From a virus (Duplodnaviria; Caudoviricetes): DNA of 61,208 nucleotides. The translations under genes and the position numbers were made by a program. The stretch is taken from the IMG/VR virus record IMGVR_UViG_3300010330_000002, positions 1-61,208 of that record, one strand, 5' to 3'. Each line of letters opens with the position of its first letter. Positions within the stretch are counted from its first letter, which is position 1. The notes under the pieces were generated by a model. The model saw only the letters and a program-made list of their open reading frames with translations. It did not search any database and had not been told where the DNA came from. Positions 36,681-45,962 of the stretch are shown here, piece after piece.

Positions 36681-39600
36681 ATGGTATCCTTTGTACCTGT
36701 TAAAGATATGTCTTCTGCGCTCCTTCCAGAAGAACCATTTACCGAAATGGTGGAGCTTAAAACCCAAGATCAATATGTATTGTCTAATTTGTCTAATTAT
36801 GTTTTAAGTAAATTTGAGGAAGCCAGAAGAGCCAAAGTTGGAATAGAAGAGAGATTAATAGACTGCCTACAACGCTTCAAGTCCGAGTATTCCCCCCAGA
36901 AATTACAGGAAATTAAATCCATAGACGCTCCTCCTATTTATATTCCTCTTACTTCTATAAAGGTGCGAGCCTTGACAGCTTGGCTAGTTGACGTTCTCTT
37001 TCAAACTCCTGACCTTCCTTATGACATAACTCCTACTCCTATTCCAGAATTACCTTTAGAAGTTCAACATGCTTTGGCACGAAGAGTATACGATACCATT
37101 ATGCCGATGGTGGAATTGTTGCCTTTTAACGAGCTGCAATCTATGGCCCTCGACGCTAAGAACTTGGCTGAAAAGGAAATTAAAATAGAAATAGATAAAT
37201 GGTCTAAAAAGTTGGCCGAAGGATTCAAGAAAAAATTAGACGATGTATTTATTGAAGGAGGACTTCCCGAAGCTCTTTCTGCGATGTGCGTAGACATTGC
37301 AATCTTTCCTACTGCTATAATTAAAGGTGGAATTCTGAGGAAAGAGAAAGGATATGTGAGGACTAAATATGGGTTGGAGCCAAAGAACAAAGTAATCTAT
37401 ACCTTTAATAGAGTATCTCCTTTTAACGCATATCCTGCTCCTTATTCCAGTGGCTTTGAAAATTATTTTATAGAAGTCGTGCCCCTCTTACCTAACGATC
37501 TTTATGATATGATCGGGATGCCAGGGTATAATTCTAAAATACTTACAGAGGTATTAGATAGGTATGAGCACGGATATAAATTTCACCATATGAACTATGG
37601 GTTGGATAAGGAAGCGCTGGAAGGCAATGAATTTGCCTCTTCTTCGGATTATGAATATATCGACGTGTTGGAATTTTGGGGGCCAGTCAAAGGCTCTTTA
37701 TTAAAAGATTTTGGTATAAGTGTTCCGAGCAGTAACGCTTACTATGAAGCTACGGTATGGGTAATTGAGGATTATGTAATCAAAGCAGTTTTGAATGAAA
37801 ATCCTTTGGGGCTTAAACCCTACGCAAAAGCTTCTTTTATAGATATTCCCGATTCTTTTTGGGGGCAGGCTCTGCCAGAAGTATTGGCTCCTATTCAAGA
37901 TTCTGTTAATGCTTTTGCCAGGTCTGTAGTAGTTAACGCTGCTATGTCTTCGGGGCCTATGGTAGAGCGCAACATAGATAGAGTCGATCCGAGTCAGCCT
38001 AAGATGATTATTCCCTGGCATATGTATGATGCTCATGACTCCGCTCTTAACTCCGCTCCTGCATACCGATTCTTTCAGCCTCAACTGACCGCAGATCGTT
38101 TGTCTACTGTTATGGCCTATTATCTAAAGTTGGCTGATGAGACTTGCGGCATTCCCAGCTATGCTCATGGTGATATTACAGTTGGCGGAGCAGGTCGAGC
38201 TTTGGCAGACTATGAATTAGTTCTAACTGAGACTGGAGCCAAACCTATTTCTTCTATCGAAGTGGGAGATAAGGTGGCAGGGACCGATGGCAAGTTTTAT
38301 GAAGTTCTGGGAGTTTACCCACAGAAAGGAAAACGTTTAATCTATCGAGTGCATTTTAGTAATGGATTTACAATTGATTGCGATGCAGATCATTTATGGA
38401 CTGTATCTAGTAAGCCTTCTAGGAAGAGTAGTTGGCAAACTCTGACTTTAGCCGAACTATTGAATAAAGGAATATTTAGACAAGATAACGGTCGTAAGAG
38501 TAAAGGTTTAAGACCAAAATGGGCAGTGTCCAAGATAAAACCAGTACAGTTTCCTAAACGTGAAGTGAAGATAGACCCTTATACTTTGGGTGTAATTTTA
38601 GGAGACGGAGACAATCGAGGCAGAATTCATCTAAATACAGAAGACAGCGAACATATAATTAGCCAGTTGGCCTATAGTGTAGGAAAGCCCAGTTATAATT
38701 CTGCTAAAACTGCTGTTTCTTATACAGTTAAAGGCGTAAAGAAGTGGTTGAGGTTCTATGGTTTGGGAGATACGACCGCACCAGATAAATTCATTCCAGA
38801 GGACTATCTGTTTAATACGGTAGACGTTCGATTGGCTTTGCTGCGTGGGCTTATGGACACAGATGGTTACACCAGCGAAGGGCGAGTATTTTTATCTTCT
38901 TCATCCAGAAAGCTGATAGAGCAAGTAAAGTTTCTTGTGATTTCTCTTGGTGGTTGGGCGGGAACTATAACAGAGTACCCTGAAGGAGAAGGCGAAATTA
39001 AAGGCCGTACAATTCATAGAAAGAAGAATTATAGGTTATATTTTTCTCTGAGTGAAAACGTTTTCACTTTGCCTCGAAAGAAGGAAGCAGTAAAAGGTGG
39101 AAAACGTCCTACATGGTTTGTTTATATCAGAGGGATAGAATTGCTGGGCGAAGGTACTACTACCTGTATAAAAGTTTCTAGCCCCGACCATTTGTTTTTG
39201 TGTGCCAATCTTATTCCTACGCATAACACAGCTACAGGGTTGTCAATGCTTACAAACAACGCCACACGTGGAATCAAGGCTGTATTGAGAAATATAGATA
39301 AAGGGATTATTGAGCCAATTGTGAAACGGCAATATTATACCTTAATAAAAGAGGCGAATGTTACAGACATTCCTGATCTTAAAATCAGAACCAAAGGCTC
39401 TATTTCCTTGTCTGAAAGAGAAATGGAAGCTACAAGGGCCTTGGAATTTCTGCGAGTGGTTAGCAATCCTCTTGACCAAAATCTGGTTCCTTTAGAAGGC
39501 AGGCGTTACTTGCTTACTTCTGCTGCCAAAGCTACTGGATTTGACCCTGATAGGATATTTGGCTACGAAGCTGACTTACAACAAATGCTTCGCCCTCTAA

Positions 39601-39725
39601 TTGAGGAAACGCAGGCTCAATTTGCTCAGCAACAAAGTCCTATAAATGTACCTCAGAATAAAGCGGTGCAGCTTGGTATGGGCGTTTCTAATTATGTAAA
39701 TGAAAACGGGAGGGTAGCTATATGA
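36681..39725 (+). CDS. Portal protein (intein-containing)
   Basis: Follows TerL; VLEFWG, SFWG, GAGR/TATGLSML. Confidence 0.88.
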   Translation: MVSFVPVKDMSSALLPEEPFTEMVELKTQDQYVLSNLSNYVLSKFEEARRAKVGIEERLIDCLQRFKSEYSPQKLQEIKSIDAPPIYIPLTSIKVRALTAWLVDVLFQTPDLPYDITPTPIPELPLEVQHALARRVYDTIMPMVELLPFNELQSMALDAKNLAEKEIKIEIDKWSKKLAEGFKKKLDDVFIEGGLPEALSAMCVDIAIFPTAIIKGGILRKEKGYVRTKYGLEPKNKVIYTFNRVSPFNAYPAPYSSGFENYFIEVVPLLPNDLYDMIGMPGYNSKILTEVLDRYEHGYKFHHMNYGLDKEALEGNEFASSSDYEYIDVLEFWGPVKGSLLKDFGISVPSSNAYYEATVWVIEDYVIKAVLNENPLGLKPYAKASFIDIPDSFWGQALPEVLAPIQDSVNAFARSVVVNAAMSSGPMVERNIDRVDPSQPKMIIPWHMYDAHDSALNSAPAYRFFQPQLTADRLSTVMAYYLKLADETCGIPSYAHGDITVGGAGRALADYELVLTETGAKPISSIEVGDKVAGTDGKFYEVLGVYPQKGKRLIYRVHFSNGFTIDCDADHLWTVSSKPSRKSSWQTLTLAELLNKGIFRQDNGRKSKGLRPKWAVSKIKPVQFPKREVKIDPYTLGVILGDGDNRGRIHLNTEDSEHIISQLAYSVGKPSYNSAKTAVSYTVKGVKKWLRFYGLGDTTAPDKFIPEDYLFNTVDVRLALLRGLMDTDGYTSEGRVFLSSSSRKLIEQVKFLVISLGGWAGTITEYPEGEGEIKGRTIHRKKNYRLYFSLSENVFTLPRKKEAVKGGKRPTWFVYIRGIELLGEGTTTCIKVSSPDHLFLCANLIPTHNTATGLSMLTNNATRGIKAVLRNIDKGIIEPIVKRQYYTLIKEANVTDIPDLKIRTKGSISLSEREMEATRALEFLRVVSNPLDQNLVPLEGRRYLLTSAAKATGFDPDRIFGYEADLQQMLRPLIEETQAQFAQQQSPINVPQNKAVQLGMGVSNYVNENGRVAI
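38199..39227 (+). mobile_element. Class 3 intein (343 aa) with LAGLIDADG homing endonuclease, in the portal
   Basis: Ala1 start; DHLW, TCIKV, PTHN/T (WCT triplet); LGVILGDG and LRGLMDTDG. Confidence 0.88.
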
Positions 39726-39940
39726 GAGACGAATTTAAACGTTTAAAAGGAGCCAATCCTCAAGTATTTGAGGCGCTTAATAGTTATTTTAGGCGAGAAC
39801 TGGATAATGTTTTATTGAAATTGCTGGCGTGCGAAGAGACCAACCGCCTCAATTTCTTACGTGGCGTAGGGAGCGCATATCTGAAAATTGTGAATGATAT
39901 GCTTGATATGGAGGAAACTAAAACAAAAGTAAAAGTATAA
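39722..39940 (+). CDS. Small protein downstream of the portal
   Basis: Coupled ORF; LRG motif typical at this position. Confidence 0.65.
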   Translation: MRDEFKRLKGANPQVFEALNSYFRRELDNVLLKLLACEETNRLNFLRGVGSAYLKIVNDMLDMEETKTKVKV

Positions 39941-39958
39941 ATTTTGTGGAGGTGTAAA

Positions 39959-40354
39959 ATGGAAGAATTTGTAAGACAAATTATAGCTGCGGTAGCCCCT
40001 TATTTCATTACGTTTGTGGTTACTATGGTAGGTTTGGTTCTTACTATGGTAACTGCTTGGCTTAAAAACAAGATCAAATCTGAGAAGGCGGACAACGCTA
40101 TTAGCATGGTTGAAGACGCTGTTTATGATGTTGTCCAGCATATGGAGCAGACTGTCCGTCCTATGCTTTCTGATGGGAAGCTTAGTGACCAGGAACGCCA
40201 ACTAATTAAAACCAAAGCTTTGAAAAGGCTGAAAGAGAATTTAAGCCCACAGGTTGTAAAAGCTTTGCAGATGGTTACTGGGGATATGGAAAAATACCTG
40301 GAAACCAAGATGGAAGCTACTATTCATCGTCTTAAAAGGAGGGAGTCGCTGTGA
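39959..40354 (+). CDS. Holin-like membrane protein
   Basis: Single N-terminal TM helix followed by a charged helical domain. Confidence 0.6.
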   Translation: MEEFVRQIIAAVAPYFITFVVTMVGLVLTMVTAWLKNKIKSEKADNAISMVEDAVYDVVQHMEQTVRPMLSDGKLSDQERQLIKTKALKRLKENLSPQVVKALQMVTGDMEKYLETKMEATIHRLKRRESL

Positions 40355-40686
40355 AACGTAAACTCGTATTAGTATTATTGTTATTGGTAATGGCTGCTTG
40401 TGTTACTACTCCTGCCAATCCCAAGACAGCTTACCTTCAAGCTCGTATTGAGTTTAATACCCTGCTTCGCCAGTATCTTTCTTACTACAACCAAGCTACT
40501 GCTGAAGTACAGGCCGAGTGGAAAGAAAAAGTCGATTCCTTATTTAAAGAGGCAGGGAATGTTTTGGATTTGTGGGGCGCTTCTTTGAAGCAAGGGCAGC
40601 CAGGGATAGAACAGCAACAACGTTATTTGGAGCTAAAAAATAAACTACTGGATGCCTTAATTCCTGTATTAGGAGGTTCTTCATGA
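40351..40686 (+). CDS. Lipoprotein (spanin candidate)
   Basis: MKRKLVLVLLLLVMAA-C lipobox. Confidence 0.7.
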   Translation: MKRKLVLVLLLLVMAACVTTPANPKTAYLQARIEFNTLLRQYLSYYNQATAEVQAEWKEKVDSLFKEAGNVLDLWGASLKQGQPGIEQQQRYLELKNKLLDALIPVLGGSS

Positions 40687-40850
40687 AAGAAAATACTCTT
40701 CTTCTGATTAAACTTTTGTCGGACGTAGCGCTAACTGCTTTGGCTACTATTAAGCAAGTTGAATCAATGACTCCAGACCAAATTGATGCCGCTATTAAGA
40801 AAGCAGAATCTGTATCTGAGCTTTTGTTGGATGAACTGAATTCTCATTAG
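40683..40850 (+). CDS. 55-aa hypothetical protein (not in the ORF track)
   Basis: AGGAGG RBS, ATGA coupling; MKENTLLLIKLLSDVALTALATIKQ... Confidence 0.6.
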   Translation: MKENTLLLIKLLSDVALTALATIKQVESMTPDQIDAAIKKAESVSELLLDELNSH

Positions 40851-40887
40851 CTAAGTGAAAACGTTTTCATTTTTGGAGGCAATATGG

Positions 40888-41247
40888 ATGGCAGTATACG
40901 AACTGTTGGGGCCGCTACTAAGTTTGTGTGGAAGCTTGATGGGGCTGGCCTATGTCTGGGGGAAAGTCAAACAAAATCTGGAAACACACGAACAAGAAAT
41001 CAAACAGCTAAAAGGAGGGCTTTACAACCCTGACGGTACATTAGTTTATATGCCGAGGTCGGAATGTATGGAACAACATAACAGATGTGGAAATAGTGTT
41101 ACAGTTCAGTTGGGCGAAGTTAAAGCAATGATTGCTGATTTACGTACAGAAATGCTTAATAACAATCGAAACCATAACCACGAGCTTCAAAAGCTAATGA
41201 AGTTTGTGGGGAGAGTTGAAGAGCATATTAGGGGGGTTAAAGACTAA
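40888..41247 (+). CDS. Membrane-anchored coiled-coil protein
   Basis: N-terminal TM segment, lysis-region context. Confidence 0.65.
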   Translation: MAVYELLGPLLSLCGSLMGLAYVWGKVKQNLETHEQEIKQLKGGLYNPDGTLVYMPRSECMEQHNRCGNSVTVQLGEVKAMIADLRTEMLNNNRNHNHELQKLMKFVGRVEEHIRGVKD

Positions 41248-41250
41248 TTT

Positions 41251-41427
41251 ATGCCCAAAGGTACTAAAGTAGAGCGGTGCTATACTAAGCTTCGCAGACA
41301 AGGAAAAAGCAAAGCCAGTGCTGCTAGAATTTGTCAAGCAGCTACGGGTTTGTCTTTAAAAACAGGCAAGCCTCCTAAATCCAAACGCAAAAGGAGACGA
41401 AAGAATGGCAAGAAGAAAAACACCTAA
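41251..41427 (+). CDS. 58-aa highly basic peptide (not in the ORF track)
   Basis: MPKGTKVERCYTKLRRQGKSKASAARICQAATG...KRKRRRK. Confidence 0.65.
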   Translation: MPKGTKVERCYTKLRRQGKSKASAARICQAATGLSLKTGKPPKSKRKRRRKNGKKKNT

Positions 41428-41659
41428 AGTGGGGGAAAAGGTCACTATCAGGGCTAAAGGCAAGAAACCTCTTTCCTTTACTAAAGGGAAACTTCATCGT
41501 CTTTTGGGAGTGCCTCAAGATAAGAAAATACCTCAGTCTAAAGTAAAGGCTGCATTGGCAGGGAAGTATGGCCCCGAAGCTAAAAAGGCTGCGGTCTTTG
41601 CATTTAAAGGCCCTCTTAAAAAAGGCAGGCAAACGGCGTCTAAGCGTAGGAGGAAATGA
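41405..41659 (+). CDS. Small highly basic protein
   Basis: AAGGAG RBS; GKLHRLLGVP..KKIP. Confidence 0.7.
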   Translation: MARRKTPKVGEKVTIRAKGKKPLSFTKGKLHRLLGVPQDKKIPQSKVKAALAGKYGPEAKKAAVFAFKGPLKKGRQTASKRRRK

Positions 41660-41660
41660 G

Positions 41661-42107
41661 ATGGTTAACTGGGATGCCATACCTGACAAAGTATTTGTAC
41701 GAGAAGAATTTGACGATCCCAAATACCCAGGTTCTGGCGATCTCATAGATTCTCATCTGATACATAAGTTAGTGGGGTTGCGTCTCTATACTAAGTGGCC
41801 CATGATTATTCATGGTAAAGTTGGGGGTGCAGTAGACGTAGACGGTAGCTGGGGCCATGCTCCCCATAGTTATCACAGAAAAGACATGGGATGCAAAGCA
41901 GTAGATTTTCATTTCATTACCGACGCTTCTCCTAGAGAGCAGGCTTATTATGTCTCGTTGTTTGCTTTTGGGGGGATAGGCTTTTATTTTGATTGGCATT
42001 GGAATGGTAAACTTCTGCCTATTGGTTTTCATGTGGATACTCGTCCAATTAAGCGGTTTCAAATGTGGAAGAGAGAACGTGGAAAGTATATTTATATGTT
42101 AAAGTGA
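41661..42107 (+). CDS. Peptidase M15-like endolysin
   Basis: EF...SYH...AVD...GIGFY...FHVDTR zinc peptidase pattern; ATG at 41661 after AGGAGG. Confidence 0.8.
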   Translation: MVNWDAIPDKVFVREEFDDPKYPGSGDLIDSHLIHKLVGLRLYTKWPMIIHGKVGGAVDVDGSWGHAPHSYHRKDMGCKAVDFHFITDASPREQAYYVSLFAFGGIGFYFDWHWNGKLLPIGFHVDTRPIKRFQMWKRERGKYIYMLK

Positions 42108-42141
42108 GAAAACATAATAGAGATTTTATAAGGAATAACCT

Positions 42142-42429
42142 ATGGGTGTTGGGATTGAGTGGATAGATCAAGTAAAGGGAAGAATAGGGATAATGCGATT
42201 GGGTAAGGATTTTAAGGCGTATGGTGATCCCTATGAAATGGCTTGTGTAGCACAAGAGCAAAGACCTGAAGAAGCTTATTTGTTGGGAGCGTATACAACT
42301 GATTTTACTTCCTTAGTAAGATTTAGAAGTCAGGTGCGGAAAGTTTTAAAAAATGAGGGATTTAAATTTGTGAGATGGAAAAGACACAGAAAAAACGGTC
42401 AATGGAAAGAGATAAGAAAAGAGCTTTAA
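42142..42429 (+). CDS. Hypothetical protein
   Basis: ORF with RBS. Confidence 0.6.
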   Translation: MGVGIEWIDQVKGRIGIMRLGKDFKAYGDPYEMACVAQEQRPEEAYLLGAYTTDFTSLVRFRSQVRKVLKNEGFKFVRWKRHRKNGQWKEIRKEL

Positions 42430-42450
42430 TTTTAGTATGGGAGGTAGGGA

Positions 42451-42723
42451 ATGGCCCTCAAAACCAAGCACATATCAAAACGAGACAACGGCACTTTCAT
42501 CATAACAGCAGAAGAAACTTCTCTTCAAATCGGAACAGACGAAAAGGGAAACCCGATCTATCAGACATTTACGGTGATCCATAATCCTAAAGATGGAGAC
42601 ACTGTCTTGCAAGAGAAGTTTGCCAAAGAAATTAAACGATACAAAGAAAGGCAAGAGACTATAAACACTATAAAGTCAAAGATAGATTCAGTGCTCGAGG
42701 AGATAGACTATAGCAAGATTTAG
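42451..42723 (+). CDS. Hypothetical protein
   Basis: GGAGG RBS. Confidence 0.7.
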   Translation: MALKTKHISKRDNGTFIITAEETSLQIGTDEKGNPIYQTFTVIHNPKDGDTVLQEKFAKEIKRYKERQETINTIKSKIDSVLEEIDYSKI

Positions 42724-42734
42724 GAGGACAGAGG

Positions 42735-43175
42735 ATGGCAAACGTTAGATGGGAAACACCTAGTAGTTGGGCTACAGCTTTAAGCTCAGAATTGGATAGC
42801 TTAGCCGACGAAGGGTTAGCATTAAGTAGTGAAATAAGCAATGACACAAACAGATATATGTTCATTGACCTTGAGTTAAACTTAGCATCAGTTGATTTAC
42901 AAAGCTCAAGCAATCCTGTGATTCGTGTTTGGTTTTTACCCAAATTGAGTGACGGCACAAATTTTGAAGATGGCGAATCAAGTGTCGAACCTGCTCGGAT
43001 GCCAGACGCAAACTTTCCTCTTAGAGAAATTAGTGGAGAACAACATGTTGTAGCGAGAAGTGTTTTGGCCCCTAACGGCAACTTTAAAATTTTAGTGAAG
43101 AATGAAACAGATGCTACATTGGCTTCCAATGGTAACACTTTAAAATACAAGATGTACGGACAAACGGTGTCGTAA
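42735..43175 (+). CDS. Putative beta-sandwich virion protein
   Basis: AGGAGG RBS; beta-rich. Confidence 0.65.
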   Translation: MANVRWETPSSWATALSSELDSLADEGLALSSEISNDTNRYMFIDLELNLASVDLQSSSNPVIRVWFLPKLSDGTNFEDGESSVEPARMPDANFPLREISGEQHVVARSVLAPNGNFKILVKNETDATLASNGNTLKYKMYGQTVS

Positions 43176-43176
43176 A

Positions 43177-45078
43177 ATGTTTCGCTTTGTCAGAAACCCA
43201 GACCCTCGAAAGAAACCGCCTTATGGCAGCAGGATTGATCCTACGCATCCTTTGGCGCAGGGATTGGTGGGATGTTGGTTGTTTAATGAGGGAGGGGGGA
43301 ACAAAGTTTTTGATTTAGTAGAAGCAAAATCTCTGATAGGAAATAATGACTTTAATTGGAGCAATAATGTTTTAGATTCTGGAACGAATGGGTATCTTGA
43401 AAGTCAATCTTCAAAGTACAAAATATTGAATGATTTAACTGTCATTCTTTCTTTTAAGGCAATAGAAGCAACTGATGGGGGTTGTTTTTGTGCGATAGAA
43501 GGAAGTCCAGGAGAAACAGAAGATGAGAATAGTATTCTCTATCTCTACAATAATGGTGGCAATATTTACTACATTCATGAATATTCATCTGGGCAGAACC
43601 AATCAATAGATACTCAAATCAATTTATCGGAATTACAAACCAACATTTCTACTATTGTTTGCAAACGCAATGCTTCCGTTAAGGCGTTTAAAGCGTTTTT
43701 TAACAGAGAATTACGAACTAATATTAGTTACACTTATAATCCAACAAATACGGCAACAAACTTATATCTTTCTTTAAGTAGTCGAAGTAATGGTAACAAT
43801 CAGATCCGTGCTTGTTGGGAAAAATGTTATATTTATAATTGTGTTCTAGAAGATAGTGAAGTGCTTCAACTCCACGCCGAACCCTACTCCTTCATCCTCG
43901 TCCCTCAATACTGGTACATGGTGGATCTTGGGGCGGTGGGAGGAGGTGAAATCGTTGTTTCCGATAGCGGGAGCGGTTCTGATTCTTTATCCCAAATTGC
44001 AGTATCTCTTGCTTTAAGCGATTCAGGTGCGGGGTCTGACTCTCTTCCCAGTCTCCAGGCATCATTTGGGCTTTCTGACCAAGGCACAGGCTCAGATTTT
44101 TTATCCCAACTTTTAGCTGCGTTAAGTATAGGCGATTCTGGTACTGGCGCAGATACTTTGTCCCCTATGTCGGTTTCTGCTTCTGTGTCTGATACTGGAG
44201 CAGCTTCTGATTCTATTTCGTCTTTGACTGTAACTCTTTCAGTTTCAGACACTGGAACAGGTACTGATGTTGTTTCAGTTCTAAAAGAGCTTCTTAAAAC
44301 TATATATGATTCGGGCATTGCTTCCGACATAGTTTCTTCTATCGCTGTAAACGTAGCTATTCCTGATTCTGCATCGGGCCAGGATAATATACATAATGTG
44401 TCTGCAACTTTGATACTATCTGATACTGCCTCTGGTCTGGATGCGATAACAGTTTTAAAGGAACTTTTAAAGCAAGTTGCTGATAGTGGGCTAGGGACAG
44501 ACAGTGTTTCGTTTTTGAATGTATCTTTTGCTATGTTTGATGCTGGTGAAGGCAACGATATTTTGTCTTCTATCTCTGCTAGAATCCCTATATCAGACCT
44601 TGGTTCTGCTATAGACGCAGTTTCTGTTCTGACAGAAATAGTTAAAAGCATATTTGAGTCTGGGCAAGGCACGGACACGCTTTCTTCTATTTCTGTAGAT
44701 TTAGGCGTGGCAGATAACGCAGCCGGGGCGGACTCTATTGGAATAGAAGTAGCTCTAACTATTTCTGACGCCGCAACTTCAACAGAAGTTATAACAATAG
44801 CTAAGACTGCTTTAAAGGTAATAACTGATAGCGGAATAGGGGCGGATACATTAAGCGGTATTGTAGTCAACGTTCCAGTTAAGGATTATGGGCAAGGGCT
44901 GGACTTTATTGCGCAGATAACAGCAATACTGTCCATTTCTGATTTAGGAGTTGCTACTGATGTCGTTTTAAAATATGATACTGCTGTTAAGCTAGTTAGT
45001 ATATCTTTTAGGCTTAGGAAACCAAATATTGAATTTGGGCTTAAAACTAATAAAATTGAATTTAAACTTTATACTTAG
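43177..45078 (+). CDS. LamG/concanavalin-like domain plus (S)DSGxGxD-repeat fibre-like protein
   Basis: GLVGCWLFNEGGG N-terminal motif; ~19-aa periodic repeats. Confidence 0.75.
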   Translation: MFRFVRNPDPRKKPPYGSRIDPTHPLAQGLVGCWLFNEGGGNKVFDLVEAKSLIGNNDFNWSNNVLDSGTNGYLESQSSKYKILNDLTVILSFKAIEATDGGCFCAIEGSPGETEDENSILYLYNNGGNIYYIHEYSSGQNQSIDTQINLSELQTNISTIVCKRNASVKAFKAFFNRELRTNISYTYNPTNTATNLYLSLSSRSNGNNQIRACWEKCYIYNCVLEDSEVLQLHAEPYSFILVPQYWYMVDLGAVGGGEIVVSDSGSGSDSLSQIAVSLALSDSGAGSDSLPSLQASFGLSDQGTGSDFLSQLLAALSIGDSGTGADTLSPMSVSASVSDTGAASDSISSLTVTLSVSDTGTGTDVVSVLKELLKTIYDSGIASDIVSSIAVNVAIPDSASGQDNIHNVSATLILSDTASGLDAITVLKELLKQVADSGLGTDSVSFLNVSFAMFDAGEGNDILSSISARIPISDLGSAIDAVSVLTEIVKSIFESGQGTDTLSSISVDLGVADNAAGADSIGIEVALTISDAATSTEVITIAKTALKVITDSGIGADTLSGIVVNVPVKDYGQGLDFIAQITAILSISDLGVATDVVLKYDTAVKLVSISFRLRKPNIEFGLKTNKIEFKLYT

Positions 45079-45087
45079 GAGGAGATC

Positions 45088-45603
45088 ATGGTTACAGAAA
45101 GAGTCGGCCACAAAAGTAAGTGGGTAATAACTCGTTATCCTGATGAAGAAGCTTTTAAGAACAAGACTCCCAAACCAGTAATAGACGCTGAGGGTCGGGA
45201 GCTACCCGCAGTTTCGGTTGTAGAGGGCAATATTTTATTAAACGTAGGCATTGGCGAGATGTGGGACCTAATTTGCGGGTTAGGGTCTCCTACAGCCTAT
45301 AATAACGCTAATGCTGAATTGGGGGTAGGTGATGGGACTACTGCTGCCGATGCCTCTCAAACAGATTTGCAGGGAACGAGCACTGCTTGGCAGTCAATGT
45401 CAACAGGCTATCCCCAACGCTCTGGTCAAACAGTGACTTTTAGGGCTGAGTTTGATGGAAGTACAGCTAATTTTAGTTGGCAGGAATTCGCTGTAAGAAA
45501 TGGCGCTACTGCTAATGTATTGATGAACAGAAGAGTAGAAGATCAGGGAACAAAAGCTTCGGGCCAAGTATGGACTCTTGAGCTTCAAATAACCTTGTCG
45601 TAG
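45088..45603 (+). CDS. Putative virion structural protein
   Basis: GVGDGTTAA..QTDLQ, ANFSWQE, LMNR..GTK..W. Confidence 0.7.
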   Translation: MVTERVGHKSKWVITRYPDEEAFKNKTPKPVIDAEGRELPAVSVVEGNILLNVGIGEMWDLICGLGSPTAYNNANAELGVGDGTTAADASQTDLQGTSTAWQSMSTGYPQRSGQTVTFRAEFDGSTANFSWQEFAVRNGATANVLMNRRVEDQGTKASGQVWTLELQITLS

Positions 45604-45610
45604 AGGGCTT

Positions 45611-45928
45611 ATGAAAAAAATAGTAAACGAAAATAGCACAGCCTATTTGTCTCTGACTTTTAAGAACAAAGAGGGGGAGGTAGAAAGCCCTCAGGCGGTG
45701 ACCTATAACATTCATTGTTTGACTAATGATGTAGAGATAAGAGGAAATACTTCGGTGTCTCCAGGGCCTTCAATTGAAATTGTTTTATCTCCTACTGAGA
45801 ATAGAATTATTGATGCTAATAATAAGTACGAACGGCGTGTAGTTACTGTTACAGCTACCTATGGGCCTGATGATGAAATAACTGGACAGTATGAATATAA
45901 GGTTTTGAATTTGAAATATATTTCATAG
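45611..45928 (+). CDS. Putative virion protein (Ig-like beta pattern)
   Basis: Beta-rich, structural context. Confidence 0.6.
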   Translation: MKKIVNENSTAYLSLTFKNKEGEVESPQAVTYNIHCLTNDVEIRGNTSVSPGPSIEIVLSPTENRIIDANNKYERRVVTVTATYGPDDEITGQYEYKVLNLKYIS

Positions 45929-45962
45929 TATGGTAATAACTTATTAACCAACAGGAGGATTT

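Noticed and set aside
43905-44870. 321-aa antisense ORF
   Set aside because: Shadow of the low-complexity DSGxG repeat gene; no RBS or independent motif
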